Assembly (NCBI GenBank): GCA_004764695.1
Contig: SMSO01000025.1
Location: 4,876,862 to 4,940,861 of the forward strand
Length of the DNA: 64,000 nt
Direction of reading: 5' to 3'
From: Schizochytrium sp. TIO01
Lineage: Eukaryota; Protista; Bigyra: Labyrinthulomycetes
Shown piece after piece: positions 42,524 to 53,866 of the stretch. Every line of letters begins with the position of its first letter. The stretch's first letter is position 1. The position numbers were made by a program, and so were the translations under genes. A model generated the notes under the pieces. The model saw nothing but the letters and a program-made list of their open reading frames with translations. It ran no database searches and was not told the origin of the DNA.

Positions 42524-44098
42524 ATGAACGAGATCAAGGAGCTCATCTCGCGTCGTGGGGCCCCTGGCGTGAGCTCGCGAAACTTGACCTTTGGAGAAGG
42601 TGCAGGAGCAGGAGCTGTAGACGACGACTTGGACTGGCCGCAGACTGCAAGTTCATATGAGCTCAAGGCCCAAATTGGACAGGGTGCCTTTGCCAAGGTC
42701 TGGCAGGCCACTTGTAAGGAGAGGAACACGGATGTTGCGATCAAGGTAATCGAGCTTGACAACCTCACCTCAAGCCTTGATGATATCTATCAAGAAGTAC
42801 GAGTCATGCTTCTCAGCAAATATCCCAGTGTTTTGCGTGCCTATGCCTGCTTTGTGGTTAAGCGTAGTCTTTGGCTTGTAATGCCTTTGATGCGCAAGGG
42901 ATCTTGTTTGCGGATCATGAAAGTATTGAAACGCAAGGGTCTCGGGGATGGACTCAAAGAGGAGTGGATCGCGACGATCCTTAAGTCAACTCTTGAAGGT
43001 CTCGAATACTTCCACAAGCGCGGAAAGGTTCACCGCGATATCAAAGCAAGTAACCTGCTCATGGACAGCGATGGTTCCGTGCGAATCTCTGACTTTGGTG
43101 TAGCTGGATGGCTCCCTAACGGCCTCGACAGAAATAGCTCTGAAAGACGTACCTTCGTAGGAACTCCGTGTTGGATGGCCCCCGAGGTGATGGAGCAAAC
43201 TGACGCCTACGATGAGAAGGCTGACATTTGGTCCTTTGGTATCACTGCTCTTGAGCTTGCCAAGGGCTACGCGCCCTATGCGCGTCTGGCTCCAATGCGA
43301 GTCCTTTTGGCGACCATTCAGAACCCACCACCTTCGCTTCGCTCCTATGATGATTGGCAGCAGACTAAGTCAAAGTTCTCTCGTCACTTCCGCGAGATCA
43401 TCACCCTGTGCTTGCAGCGAAACCCTGCGAATCGCCCTTCGGCCTCGACCCTTCTTACCAAAACCTTTTTCAAGCGTGCCCCGCCTTCAAGCTTCCTGGT
43501 TAAGGATCTCCTTGAGGCTGTTCCCATCCCTGACACCTGGGAGCAAAGCGCTAACTCCGAAGAGGAGCGGGCAGAACAACGTCGTCAGCTTGAGCAAATC
43601 AAGAAGGACCAGGAGGAAGAGCTTGAGCGTCAGCGCAAATCCACTGTCACAGACGCAGCTCAGGTGGCCCCGAACTCATCAGCAGAAGCGACTGCAGCTG
43701 CTGCTAACGCCCAAGCCCAAGGGATGAGTGCTCCGGTATCAGGCACCACAGAATCAGCAGGTGTGGCTGCTTCTGCTAATGCTCCTGCTGCACCCGCTGC
43801 TCCTTCTGCCGCAGCCCCAGCTTCTGCCCCTGCAACAGCAACGCCTCCAACCACAGAAGGTTCTCAAGGTAACTTGCAAGCTCTTGCTAATTTGGAGAAA
43901 CTTGAAGCCAAGCAGGGAAGCAGCTTTGTCCGCGGCGCCACATGGGTTTTTGAAGACGATGATGTTGAAGAAGACTCCAACGCCAATAAGAGCTCAACTG
44001 CCGAAGGCCAGAACCAACCTGTTGTGCAAGTAAGTGATGAATTCAGCGACTTTGCTGCCGAATATGCAAATAGCCAGATTCGTGGTGAACACGACTAG
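42524..44098 (+). CDS. STE20-family Ser/Thr kinase, OSR1/SPAK/Fray-like
   Basis: IGQGAFAKV, VAIKVIELD, LWLVMPLM..GS, HRDIKASN, SDFGV, TFVGTPCWMAPEVMEQ and KADIWSFGITALELAKG, followed by an Ala/Pro-rich tail. Confidence 0.93.
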   Translation: MNEIKELISRRGAPGVSSRNLTFGEGAGAGAVDDDLDWPQTASSYELKAQIGQGAFAKVWQATCKERNTDVAIKVIELDNLTSSLDDIYQEVRVMLLSKYPSVLRAYACFVVKRSLWLVMPLMRKGSCLRIMKVLKRKGLGDGLKEEWIATILKSTLEGLEYFHKRGKVHRDIKASNLLMDSDGSVRISDFGVAGWLPNGLDRNSSERRTFVGTPCWMAPEVMEQTDAYDEKADIWSFGITALELAKGYAPYARLAPMRVLLATIQNPPPSLRSYDDWQQTKSKFSRHFREIITLCLQRNPANRPSASTLLTKTFFKRAPPSSFLVKDLLEAVPIPDTWEQSANSEEERAEQRRQLEQIKKDQEEELERQRKSTVTDAAQVAPNSSAEATAAAANAQAQGMSAPVSGTTESAGVAASANAPAAPAAPSAAAPASAPATATPPTTEGSQGNLQALANLEKLEAKQGSSFVRGATWVFEDDDVEEDSNANKSSTAEGQNQPVVQVSDEFSDFAAEYANSQIRGEHD

Positions 44099-45071
44099 AC
44101 CAACTCAGAAAAACAAGACAATATAGTAAGCTAGACCTGTTACACGTTGCTCCCTGTGTCTTGCTGATCAAGATGCTCCTTCAATACTTGGCTCTTTGCT
44201 CTGCTATTCGTCCTTGTCCACAAAGCACAACACAGTGTGCATTACCTTTGCTGTATGCCTCACGTTTCTTTGTCGACGCCCCCCACCCCCCTGTGCTGTG
44301 AATTGATGTAGCAACCGATCTTTATAAGGGAATTACGTGGATTTAAACATTCATCTTGCCTCTCTCTAGTTGTCACTTTTCCTGCTGAGAAAAATGACAA
44401 GGATGAAAGTTAAAGCTGCAGTTTGCTTTGCACCTCTTTCACAAAATCACGCTGCCTTTTCTCTTCAGCTATTCTGAATATCAAACGACAACTACTAAGA
44501 GAGCAACCTTATGAATCCTTAACCAAAGCCTTTAGATGAATAGAAAAGAATTAGATTAAACCTTTACTAGGTCAAACAAAAGTCACCTCTTTTTCGCAGC
44601 GTTAGTGTGAAGGCCAAGTTTTCAAGGCGAAAGGTAATCTCTCTATTTGTGAGAGTTTGAAAAAAGTGAATCGAGGAGTTAGACGATAAAGTCGTGTTAT
44701 GCTCACGCATAACTATTTCCAGGCATAGGCATTGCTGAAAGGAGCAATGGAGATATTCACGAACGCTATGCAGTTGACGTATAAATCTAGTCACGAAGAA
44801 CGCTTTGAGAGACACAGCTGGGAAATCGCTGCTGACGAAAATAATATTTAGGGAAGCAGCATCAAAAGACTGAAATGTCTGTAAAGGCAAGCGAATATAC
44901 ATAATGTATTGTTTCTTCTATTGTCACGAGCTGCCTCCGTTCAATTTGGAATTCTAGGTTTCTGTGACAGGATTATATATTTTTTCATGTAAAACTCATG
45001 CGCGATTGATACGTAGCTACTCTTTTTGTCAAGTGAGATGAAAATAACACTATAACCTAAATGCTTGCAGT

Positions 45072-45698
45072 TTAAATAAGCTTCTTGCGCTGAAAGTAAG
45101 ATTTGAGGTAAATAATTTGCCAGACGCCAAGCGAACCAACTACAGCGACAGAAAAGAAGGAAAATAGGGTCACACGGGAGTTGATACTTTCATTCATATC
45201 CCTCATTTCAGCTTCACGCTGTTTCAGGGCGGTGAGTTCTTGGCGTACTGCGCGAATAGTTTCTTGGATTCGAATCACTTCTGCACTTAGTGGCTTCAAA
45301 TGGTGACGTTGGACAATTTCTGTCAAATCTTTTGCTTCAACCCCGGATCGAAATTTCACCGATACTTCCCGGTTAACCATGTCTTTATTCCTCAGGCAAA
45401 AGGAGTGTTCGCCAGAGTGTTCGGCTGTAAAGCCAAATTTGGAAACCTTTGCACTCCTTTTACTAAAAATCTCTTCTCCATTAGGGCCACGCACGTGAAC
45501 GTCCATACTAACGTCCTCTGAGTCAGCTTGAACTTCAAATTCTCCAGTGGCAAGCTGATCCTTGCGCAAGATATCGAATATGCATCTTTCTTCTGTTGAT
45601 GGAACCTCAAAACGAATAGCTTCCACAGCTTTTTGAGCGCTGAAGAAAACAGAAAGAACGATCAAGAGCGCCGAGGCGCGGCCCGCAACCCTTACCAT
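45072..45698 (-). CDS. p24/emp24 cargo receptor, delta subfamily (TMED10-like)
   Basis: Signal peptide, GOLD domain (EERC...FCL), coiled coil REAEMRDMNESINSRV, one transmembrane helix, and a YFQRKKLI dilysine tail. ATG is at 45698. Confidence 0.93.
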   Translation of the reverse strand: MVRVAGRASALLIVLSVFFSAQKAVEAIRFEVPSTEERCIFDILRKDQLATGEFEVQADSEDVSMDVHVRGPNGEEIFSKRSAKVSKFGFTAEHSGEHSFCLRNKDMVNREVSVKFRSGVEAKDLTEIVQRHHLKPLSAEVIRIQETIRAVRQELTALKQREAEMRDMNESINSRVTLFSFFSVAVVGSLGVWQIIYLKSYFQRKKLI

Positions 45699-48638
45699 TC
45701 TCTTCACCCCTGAGAGGCAAAAGCAAATATTTTTGTGACGTGTTTGTCTCCGCTACACGAGTAGTTTGTCCTCGGACTGCCTATGCCGACACGCGATTTA
45801 AAGCAGATCTCGCTCTGCGCGACGAGCTTGAGTCCAAGCGGAGTAGCAATTACCCCAGTGTTAAGCGTTATCTCCCAAGTCCCTGCGCTCCAATTGACTT
45901 CCCTGGAGAGAATGCAGCTCTTCAATGCAAGCTCGCCCCAACAAGAAGGCAAGAAGATTTGCTTCAAAACGTTTAACCTATGCAGAATAATTTAAACAGG
46001 AATAATGCTCTTAGTCTTATTACCTACGGTAGAAACTAGGACAGATCCTAAATACAAAACGACAATTATGCCACAGCTCTGAGTACTTCTAACTTGAAGG
46101 ATGACCTTGCCAAAACAGCAGATGTAGAGTTTCATACAATGGAGAATTGTAATATTGAAGATTTTCACTGCTAGATAATACAAAGTTTTTATTCACGAGT
46201 CTTGAACTATTTATGCAAGAGACCGAACCAGCGAATCTTTATAGTGTATGAGACAAAGAAACTAGGTTGTTCGGTGACGTCATGGACGATTTTCACAGCA
46301 CAAGGCTTTTTACTTTCAATTCACAATGACTTGTTAGTTGTGAACAAGCAACGGCTCGAATCGGCAATTTAGAACTAATGTAACTAGGATTCCCCAAGCC
46401 TCTCTCGAGGAGAAAGCTATGCAATAAATAAACAAAAACTTCAAACCCAATAGTACAAAACGTGACGCTTGAGAATACTAATTTTGCACTGCTTGCATAT
46501 CCGGGGAAGCTTTTAAATATACCTACAGTAAATGGTAGCGCATGAACTTTTGTAAATGTCGATATCATGAATATTGGGATAGGTCTTTTTGCATAGTTTT
46601 AAGAAACGTCTTGCGCGCTGTTACGGCCCGAATAGGAATCGATATTCAGCACAAAGGGACTTCATTTGTTCCATTTGATTCTTGAAGTAGCATTCGCGAA
46701 GGAACACAAACAACTAATAAAAGCGGCTCGAAAAAATTTCAGTGATAAGATGCCCCCACCTCTCCATCTCGATTGTGTTCTTCCATATGAACACACCAAC
46801 GCACAATTCTGAAAGAGAATAAAGGCGATTCGATACAAACCTAATAATCAACTTGTCATACTTTAGGTTGGCTTATCTACCTTGGATACTACCTATTTGT
46901 TGTTGTGCCATTTCAACAGTTACCAATCATGGATGAATGCAGAAAATACAGCTCTTGGTTACTTTACGTATATACGTCTATCAAGAAACCATTCAGTCTT
47001 TTAAAGGCTGTTAGAAATCATCCAAAATGCGAATTGTCTAATATAAACCAGTACAGTAAAGTCCACAGTTCTAGGAGCTGTTTTTATATTTAATCGAGTA
47101 TACTTTTGGTCTTTTGGTCTCAGTAAACAGTAATGATATTCGATGGTGTAATTGTATCAAAACGCCGCTATGTTGTATAGATTTTCAATAGCTGCTGTTA
47201 AATCAAAATGGCGAAGTATTACTTTTTTTTAATTTAAGAAAAGTGCTTTCGGCGAATGCTATAAAAGGACGGGAGTAAGTCTCTACAGCATAAATTAATG
47301 GACCAAGTGGCCATAAATCATGAGGTAATTGTGGGAGAATTGATAATCTTCCCAATATTACGGAGGTCGTGAGGTATTTCGGTTCTGCACGCCACGTCAT
47401 CGAATTTCATTTTTTCTTAGGTACATGTCCTTGTCATCTAATGTGCTAAATAAAATATTGTATGAGGTTTGGATCATCTTGGTTGGAGATATCAATTACT
47501 TTTCAAAGAGCAGCTTTATTTTAAAAAAGAAAAAGAAAAGAAATCAACCAGAAAATGCGAAACACTTTGGTTTGGGCGTACATTATTCAATGGGTGCTTT
47601 TATTCTCTTGGTGAGTAAATCTGTTTGTAGCTGGGCTTTTGTTCCACCCATCGGCATTAGCAAGGCTTTCAGAAATATCCAGGACTTCTTCAGTACTGAA
47701 AATCTGCCTCTGCAAAAGTCTTCGGTAGTTTCAATGAACTATAAAAACATCAGACACGTTTTAGCGATGCTGATTTCGGGCAATTAAAAGGCATATGCTC
47801 TTGACCAGCGTTCCATAGAACCCAGCTAGAAGAGAGGAAAGCTGCGGATTGAAAACGAAACTTATTGATTCATACAAAAGTTGAAGCTTGATGTATCATG
47901 CTTCGCATTGAATGTTAAGATTGTGTTGGGCCCTGTAACGGAAATTCAGGACTGGCAAATTGCTAACTCGCAAAGCTTCAAGTCATTGTCATTCTCTAAG
48001 CTTTTTCATTCGTAGCCTATCCTGTTGGCAAACATGATACAATAAAAGAGAATTCGGGCACAGTTGAAGTCTGGTACAGCGTAAATATACGAGACTTCCA
48101 TACCTACTAGTAATCCAACGACAAGGGTCTACTATTTCGCCAATTAATAGCATATCGTTGTCTTAATTAGACAGCATTAAATTGAATCAGATATTTTGAG
48201 TTGGGGCAGTTCCAGTTCCTCACTTTGCCATCAGGATGAAACATTCTAACAGGTATATTTGAGTAGCATTCGTGCCTAGCATAATACCCACTTTCATAAT
48301 AGAAATTCTTATCATGGTATTGAAATGAAATATTAGGATGTGTTAAGACTGATAGGCTTGTGTTTCATCAAACTTGAATAGAAAATTAAAAAGTTGAGGT
48401 AATTGTCAAATAATCGAGATTTAGTGTATAACAACAACATGAACTTCACAAAGCTGCGCGCTACGGTTTACTATTGAATTTATCTACCTATTCTTGGGCA
48501 GCCTATGAGAGTAAAATATTGCACAAGCGTGAGCAAATGCCACCAAGGACACTTTCGTACGCACTTTCGTACGCAGGGTAACATAGTTGTTATTTGTAAT
48601 TTTGTTTACTTTACAAAACATGATGGTGGCCTAGGAGA

Positions 48639-49691
48639 TTAGTGGATCCTTAGAGTTCGGACCATTTGTGCTTCCTCCATAAAGTGCAGAATTGACTTCG
48701 CAGCTTCTTCAACTCCCTGGAGAACACCAATTTTACGAACGTTGCCTTCCTGATCTGCGTCATGACGTAAGGTAATAGTCAAGTACCCTTCAGCACTTTC
48801 TTCATAGAACAGGTCATAGCCACATAGTTGCTGGCAGACGTTGACCCAGTAGAAGTCACCTTTGTTTGGCTGGCGCTTTAGTTCCTTACAGCATAGGAAG
48901 TTAGTGCAATCTGCACAGCTACGTTTGTAGTCATCCTGTTTCTGAATAATCTCAACATCGAGGTCGACGATCATTGTAAAGTCGATGTTATCTTCAACCA
49001 CCTTGTAAGGCGGCTCATTCGTTTCGGCATATGCGTGATTCATCTTGCGATACTTGTCCTTGATGTGATCCTTCCAGCGTGCATACTCAATTGTGATGTG
49101 GTCGCGGTAGATTCTTAGCACAGACGGTGGAAGCTCGACAAACTGAACAGGGTTACAGCAAAGCGAATCCCAGCAGCTTAAACAAACCCCCCGATGATCT
49201 TTCATGGCACAACGATTGCAAGAGCTCAACGGGCCACTATGCCATTCATGAGCAACGCCCCAGAACGTTAAGGGTGTTTCTCTAACAAGCATAGATCTGT
49301 GTTGTTCCCGCTCAATTGAGCTAATTGAAGAGCAAAGGTTTTCAAAGGCTTTTGCTTCGCCGAGAAGGTCAAAATCCATCTTGTCGATGTCCTTGGCAGT
49401 TATTGTGTGAAGGATACTCCCGTTGAGTCCGTGTCTTTGGATTTGTCTTGGAATCTCGCGTAGGTTAAGGTCAGACATAAACCTTGAAAGTTCTTTGACG
49501 TTCATCTTCGTCAAGTCATGGAGTTGGGACTCTTGGAGGGATGTAAGCACCCGCACCGGGTCGACATAGTCTTCACCTTCATCGTATTCCTCGCCACGGT
49601 GCATAACTGCCTGTGTTTTAGGGGCATGACCTGCTGCTTGGGTTGGCGGAATGGGCGCTGCCCTTGGTTCATGTTGCGGATGCTCCTTCAT
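48639..49691 (-). CDS. SAM-domain protein with a Cys-rich C-terminal region, function unknown
   Basis: SAM-like segment MNVKELSRFMSDLNL...IQRHGLNGSILHTITAKDIDKMDF..LGEAKAF. Cys clusters CLSCWDSLCC and CADCTNFLCC follow. Confidence 0.7.
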   Translation of the reverse strand: MKEHPQHEPRAAPIPPTQAAGHAPKTQAVMHRGEEYDEGEDYVDPVRVLTSLQESQLHDLTKMNVKELSRFMSDLNLREIPRQIQRHGLNGSILHTITAKDIDKMDFDLLGEAKAFENLCSSISSIEREQHRSMLVRETPLTFWGVAHEWHSGPLSSCNRCAMKDHRGVCLSCWDSLCCNPVQFVELPPSVLRIYRDHITIEYARWKDHIKDKYRKMNHAYAETNEPPYKVVEDNIDFTMIVDLDVEIIQKQDDYKRSCADCTNFLCCKELKRQPNKGDFYWVNVCQQLCGYDLFYEESAEGYLTITLRHDADQEGNVRKIGVLQGVEEAAKSILHFMEEAQMVRTLRIH

Positions 49692-50673
49692 CGTGTTGGC
49701 ACCAGCTCGCTCTATGGAAGCAAGTTGTGCTAGTTTTCAGTTTTCACGTGCTGGGGTTCCCCTCGTCCACTCTTATTGCTCTTTGCAGCTAGTTGTAGAG
49801 TGCTGTGGAGTTGATCTTCAGGGGTGGCGGGTGCTGCTTCTCCTCCTAATCTTGCTGTTTTGGGTAATGTTTTAGGCTAGCTTCTCCTGTAGATGATCAT
49901 GCAATCCTTGGTTTGGGTTTGCTTGAATATTCTCCTCTATCCTCTCTGCTAGGTAGGCCCTATGTAGGTACTATGAAATTCATCATACAACGGTACGTAC
50001 GTATTATGCAATTTCTTTAGGTCCTCCGTACGCGGGGTAGGAACCCATTACGATCGTTATGGCGGCAGATAATGACTCCCCCTAGGTACCTGTTAGCTAG
50101 CAGGAAGGGGAGTGAGAAGTGTCATGATTAAAAGCGACTTTCAAGTACTACACTTGAAAAGAGAATAAGGGAAAGGCCCGGCTGCCAAAACTAAGTGCAA
50201 CCTTCCTCTCCTGTGCAATTAATTAGTGCAATGCAAGTCGAGTTCCTTTTGTTGGAGGAGATGAGAAATGATGGGACGGAGGAAGCCCACAACAGCAAAC
50301 GAAAGTGGAATGCATGCTAGCTACACTCAGGAAAGCACTGCAGAAGAGTGCAAGAAGCAACCCACTTCAATCAACCAATCAGCCAATCAATCAATGAGCA
50401 ATCAATGAGCAATCAATAAGCAAACATCCTACAAACACAACTGAGCTTCGTGAGTCTTGGTATTCGATAGCACTGTCTGCACGCACGCCTACCTAAGCCT
50501 CGCTAGGGAAGAAGCCGACTGACTCCTTTCAAAGACGTCAAAGACGCAGCGTCCCCTCGAAGGTGTGCGAGCGCTCAAGTTAGTTAGTCTCCTGCCTCCA
50601 AAAAGATGGATTTAATTTTCATCTTCTTCATTTTCTTCATTTTCATTTTAAAATTTAATTAAAAAAGTTTAAT

Positions 50674-50704
<31 letters not shown>

Positions 50705-51914
50705 GCAGACATCAGACAGCCTGAGAAAGGAACCTCAGACTTTCGTCAAGATAAAAGAGATGCGCGCGTCCCGAGCATTCAACGTTTGTTACAGACCGAT
50801 GGAAAGGAGAAAGGAGGCCTTCTTCCATCGTTGTTTGTTACCAAGATGGCGTTTCCACTACGCTGCTGCTATGGTTGACTCCTTCCTGGCTATCTCTCGC
50901 TTGATACTGCTATACTTGGCACGTGCGATTGCGATGTGAGTAAGTTGGTGCAGCAGTGCAGAATATTGGTTGCCATGATCGCCTTCAACCAAAGCCTCCC
51001 AAGGAGTCCAGACTACTGCTGCAGCCATGGATCGATATTGTAGATGCTACTGGGAATGAGCGCAATTGTTCAAGAGATGGCGTGACTCGAGAGGCTGCAA
51101 AGTCCAAGGGCGTTCTAGCGCCGAGGAGAGACACAGAGGGAAGGAAGAAAAGCAAGTCCTCCTCTCTTGCCGAAGAGCTTGCTTGGGAAGCCTCCTCATG
51201 AGGAGTGAGTTAGTTAGTCTCCTCATGAAGAGTGAGTGAGTTGATGATTGGGTCTGTTTATTTCAAGATGCACAGCTCTTTTCACTTGTCCGTCACGGAT
51301 GTGCAATCTTCATAACATTCATGAACATCATCATCCTTCTGTCTTCTGTGCCATTGATTGACATCGCACGCGATTCTTGAATGGCAGAGCTCGAGCGGCA
51401 TCCCTGCAACCCAGACAAGGTGATCGGCCAGCTGGGGAAAGCAATGCAACCAGCGCAAGCAGTACACAGTCTGATTCTGAGGTCTGAGGTCCCGAGCATA
51501 CTTTGTTCTGGCAGTAAAATAAGAGCGAGCTCTCATGCAACTACTTGGCAGCCTGTAGTGAGTGCGCGCTATTCCACCTTGGTGTGGTGGAGATAACTTT
51601 GAGCGGGATGCTGCTTTGTTCAATCCAGTTAAGCGCGCCCCGAGAAGACATGACATGACATGCATGACATGCATGACATTGCCAAGTGTTCATTAGCACG
51701 TATGACGGACTGCCCTGCCGTATCTTGATGCACTCTCACTCTGCAGAGATACGAAAAGAGAGACACAGCTACTACTACTACTACCTCTACCTAGGTTGTA
51801 TGTACCTAGCTACTAGGTACTTTCAATCAACAAATGAATAAATAACAACTTATTATTATGATTATTATGATTATTATTCTTATCTAATTACCTCCTAATG
51901 CTTACTATGGGCAT

Positions 51915-52155
51915 GTAACTTTGTCCAGAAATAGCCTTTTAGTACACTTTCCAATTTAAGACGTAGTACTTTTCAAAAGTACTACATCTAAGCTCCTTAC
52001 CACTCCGTATGGGTACGTGACTTTGTCCAGAAATAGCCTTTTAGTACACTTTCTAATTTAAGACGTAGTACTTTTCAAAAGTACTACATCTAAGCTCCTT
52101 ACCACTCCGTAAGGGTAACCACTCCGTAGGATCTAAGCTCCTTACCACTCCGTAT
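51915..52155. repeat. 102-bp tandem duplication (2 copies plus fragments) with an internal palindrome
   Basis: Near-identical units start at about 51918 and 52020. Each carries GTAGTACTTTT-C-AAAAGTACTAC. ATCTAAGCTCCTTACCACTCCGTA recurs a third time at about 52131. Confidence 0.92.
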
Positions 52156-52387
52156 AAGTATGTACCTACCTTGAGACCTACTGCCTATGGTATGGGCACA
52201 TCAGCAAACCGGCACGTGCAGACTATCCCTACCATACTGCGTATCACAGCCCGAACTGGCTGGCGGCTCCGCTCTTGATTCCATTCTACTTTAACCACGA
52301 AGGATAAGAGACGCATCGCTCACGACTACACTTGTTCAAGGCAGCTTTATGCGTTGAGTTTGTGTGCAGGAGTGGAGAATAATAAGG

Positions 52388-53623
52388 ATGGCGTGGGGTT
52401 TTAAAAAAGAAAAGAGAGCCCAAGCAGCGACCCATGAGGAAATCAGCAATAGCGAAAGAGCTGCTGGAGCCGAAATCTCAGGCATAGAGGAGTCAAACCA
52501 TGCAGCTTTAGACAATGATAGTGGTGACAATGCCAATGAAGATCATGTAGAACGTATAATTAAGCTCGCAGACCAGGCAACAACGCATGTTGTTCTATCT
52601 GAGGAGGACCTGGCTGAAGTCGACAATGATCATCACGCCACAACACTCAATCAACATGGCGAAACTTTATCCATTCAAAAAGAAGAAAGTCAAGTTGATA
52701 ATCCTACGGAAGCTGATAATGAGGATACAGAGGATCTTGAGAAGTTTCGGGCTGCACATGCTGTTATCAAGCGGGGATGCGTTCGAGTTGGTGTTGCTTC
52801 CTTTGCCACAGCTGGAATTGGTCTAGGTGCTATAGCGTCTCTGACGCTCGGAATTGCAGCAAGTTCTGGAATGACCCAAATTCAGTATGATATGATTTCC
52901 GAGATCGGTCATATATATGGGCATAACCTCACCCCAGAAACTCGGGAGCGCTTGCTGCAAGTTTTGTCCGGGATTTCTCGCACATCAACACAAGTCACTG
53001 CTGGAGCTATACAAGCCGCATCGACTCGTGCTGTGGGATCTGTAGCTGAGCATGCTGCCAAACATTCAAACCTCTTGTTAAGACTTGTCCCTTATGTTGG
53101 AGCCGCTACTGCTGTTTTAGCAACTACATCAATCAATATGTCCACAACCTACCTTATTGGACGGCGGGCCCAGGTTTACTTTGCGGAAGGTGAAGATGCG
53201 CTTCCGAGTTTTGCTGATAGTGCACGACTTTTAACTGGTATCGACGAACGGAAGATCGCGCGATGGCTTATTGAGTCATTTGGTATTTTCAGAGATCGCG
53301 TCTGGGAAAAAATTCGCAACGGACCAAATGCTGCTTTCAAAGCTGCGACACGTAGGGTAATTGCTGTGCGCAGCTTCATATCAAAAAGGCTCAGCTTTCG
53401 AAAAGGACCCGTAGGTGACTCTTCAGATGTGGTTTCCGAAGATGAAGATTGCGATAAAGATGAGAAACTTAAAAGAGGTGAACTTCATCATCCAACAGAA
53501 GACGACCGATCATACACTGAAAGTGACGAAGAGAAAGACGATTACCCTTTGGACCGGTCAGAACGCCTTGATGCTAACTCATCAAATTCTCGTGCCAAGT
53601 TCAAATCACTAAACCGTAATTGA
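52388..53623 (+). CDS. EcsC/DUF697-like membrane-associated protein
   Basis: Gly/Ala-rich hydrophobic helices with QYDMISEIGHIYG and VPYVGA...TTYLIGRRAQVYF, the pattern of EcsC/DUF697 proteins. Termini are acidic and disordered. ATG is at 52388. Confidence 0.6.
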   Translation: MAWGFKKEKRAQAATHEEISNSERAAGAEISGIEESNHAALDNDSGDNANEDHVERIIKLADQATTHVVLSEEDLAEVDNDHHATTLNQHGETLSIQKEESQVDNPTEADNEDTEDLEKFRAAHAVIKRGCVRVGVASFATAGIGLGAIASLTLGIAASSGMTQIQYDMISEIGHIYGHNLTPETRERLLQVLSGISRTSTQVTAGAIQAASTRAVGSVAEHAAKHSNLLLRLVPYVGAATAVLATTSINMSTTYLIGRRAQVYFAEGEDALPSFADSARLLTGIDERKIARWLIESFGIFRDRVWEKIRNGPNAAFKAATRRVIAVRSFISKRLSFRKGPVGDSSDVVSEDEDCDKDEKLKRGELHHPTEDDRSYTESDEEKDDYPLDRSERLDANSSNSRAKFKSLNRN

Positions 53624-53866
53624 GCCTAGGCAAATTTCATTGTTGGCTGATTGTTTTCGAGTGCAGAGTGAAGCCCAACACCAGCCCTTTTGTTGGAATA
53701 TCGAATGTTCATACATTCTGTCGCTAGTAGCTTCTCAGCAACTGAGACTTGTGATAAAACAGGGGAGACGATTCTTGAAAAGAAGGCGATGGACAAAATT
53801 TCATAAATTTACAACCCGAAAGTACCAGCAGGGCTTAAATACTGCAAGAAGTTAATATGTATATGC

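Noticed and set aside
41903-42768. Hydrophobic minus-strand ORFs of 111-231 aa
   Set aside because: They are translations of the compound microsatellite plus antisense of the kinase.
45640-45695. Apparent intron right after the p24 ATG (ATG|GTAAGG...TTTTCTTCAG)
   Set aside because: Removing 56 nt would frameshift to an early stop and delete the signal peptide that p24 needs.
51915-52155. CRISPR-like appearance of palindromic repeats
   Set aside because: Only two copies, identical intervening sequence, no cas genes and a eukaryotic context.
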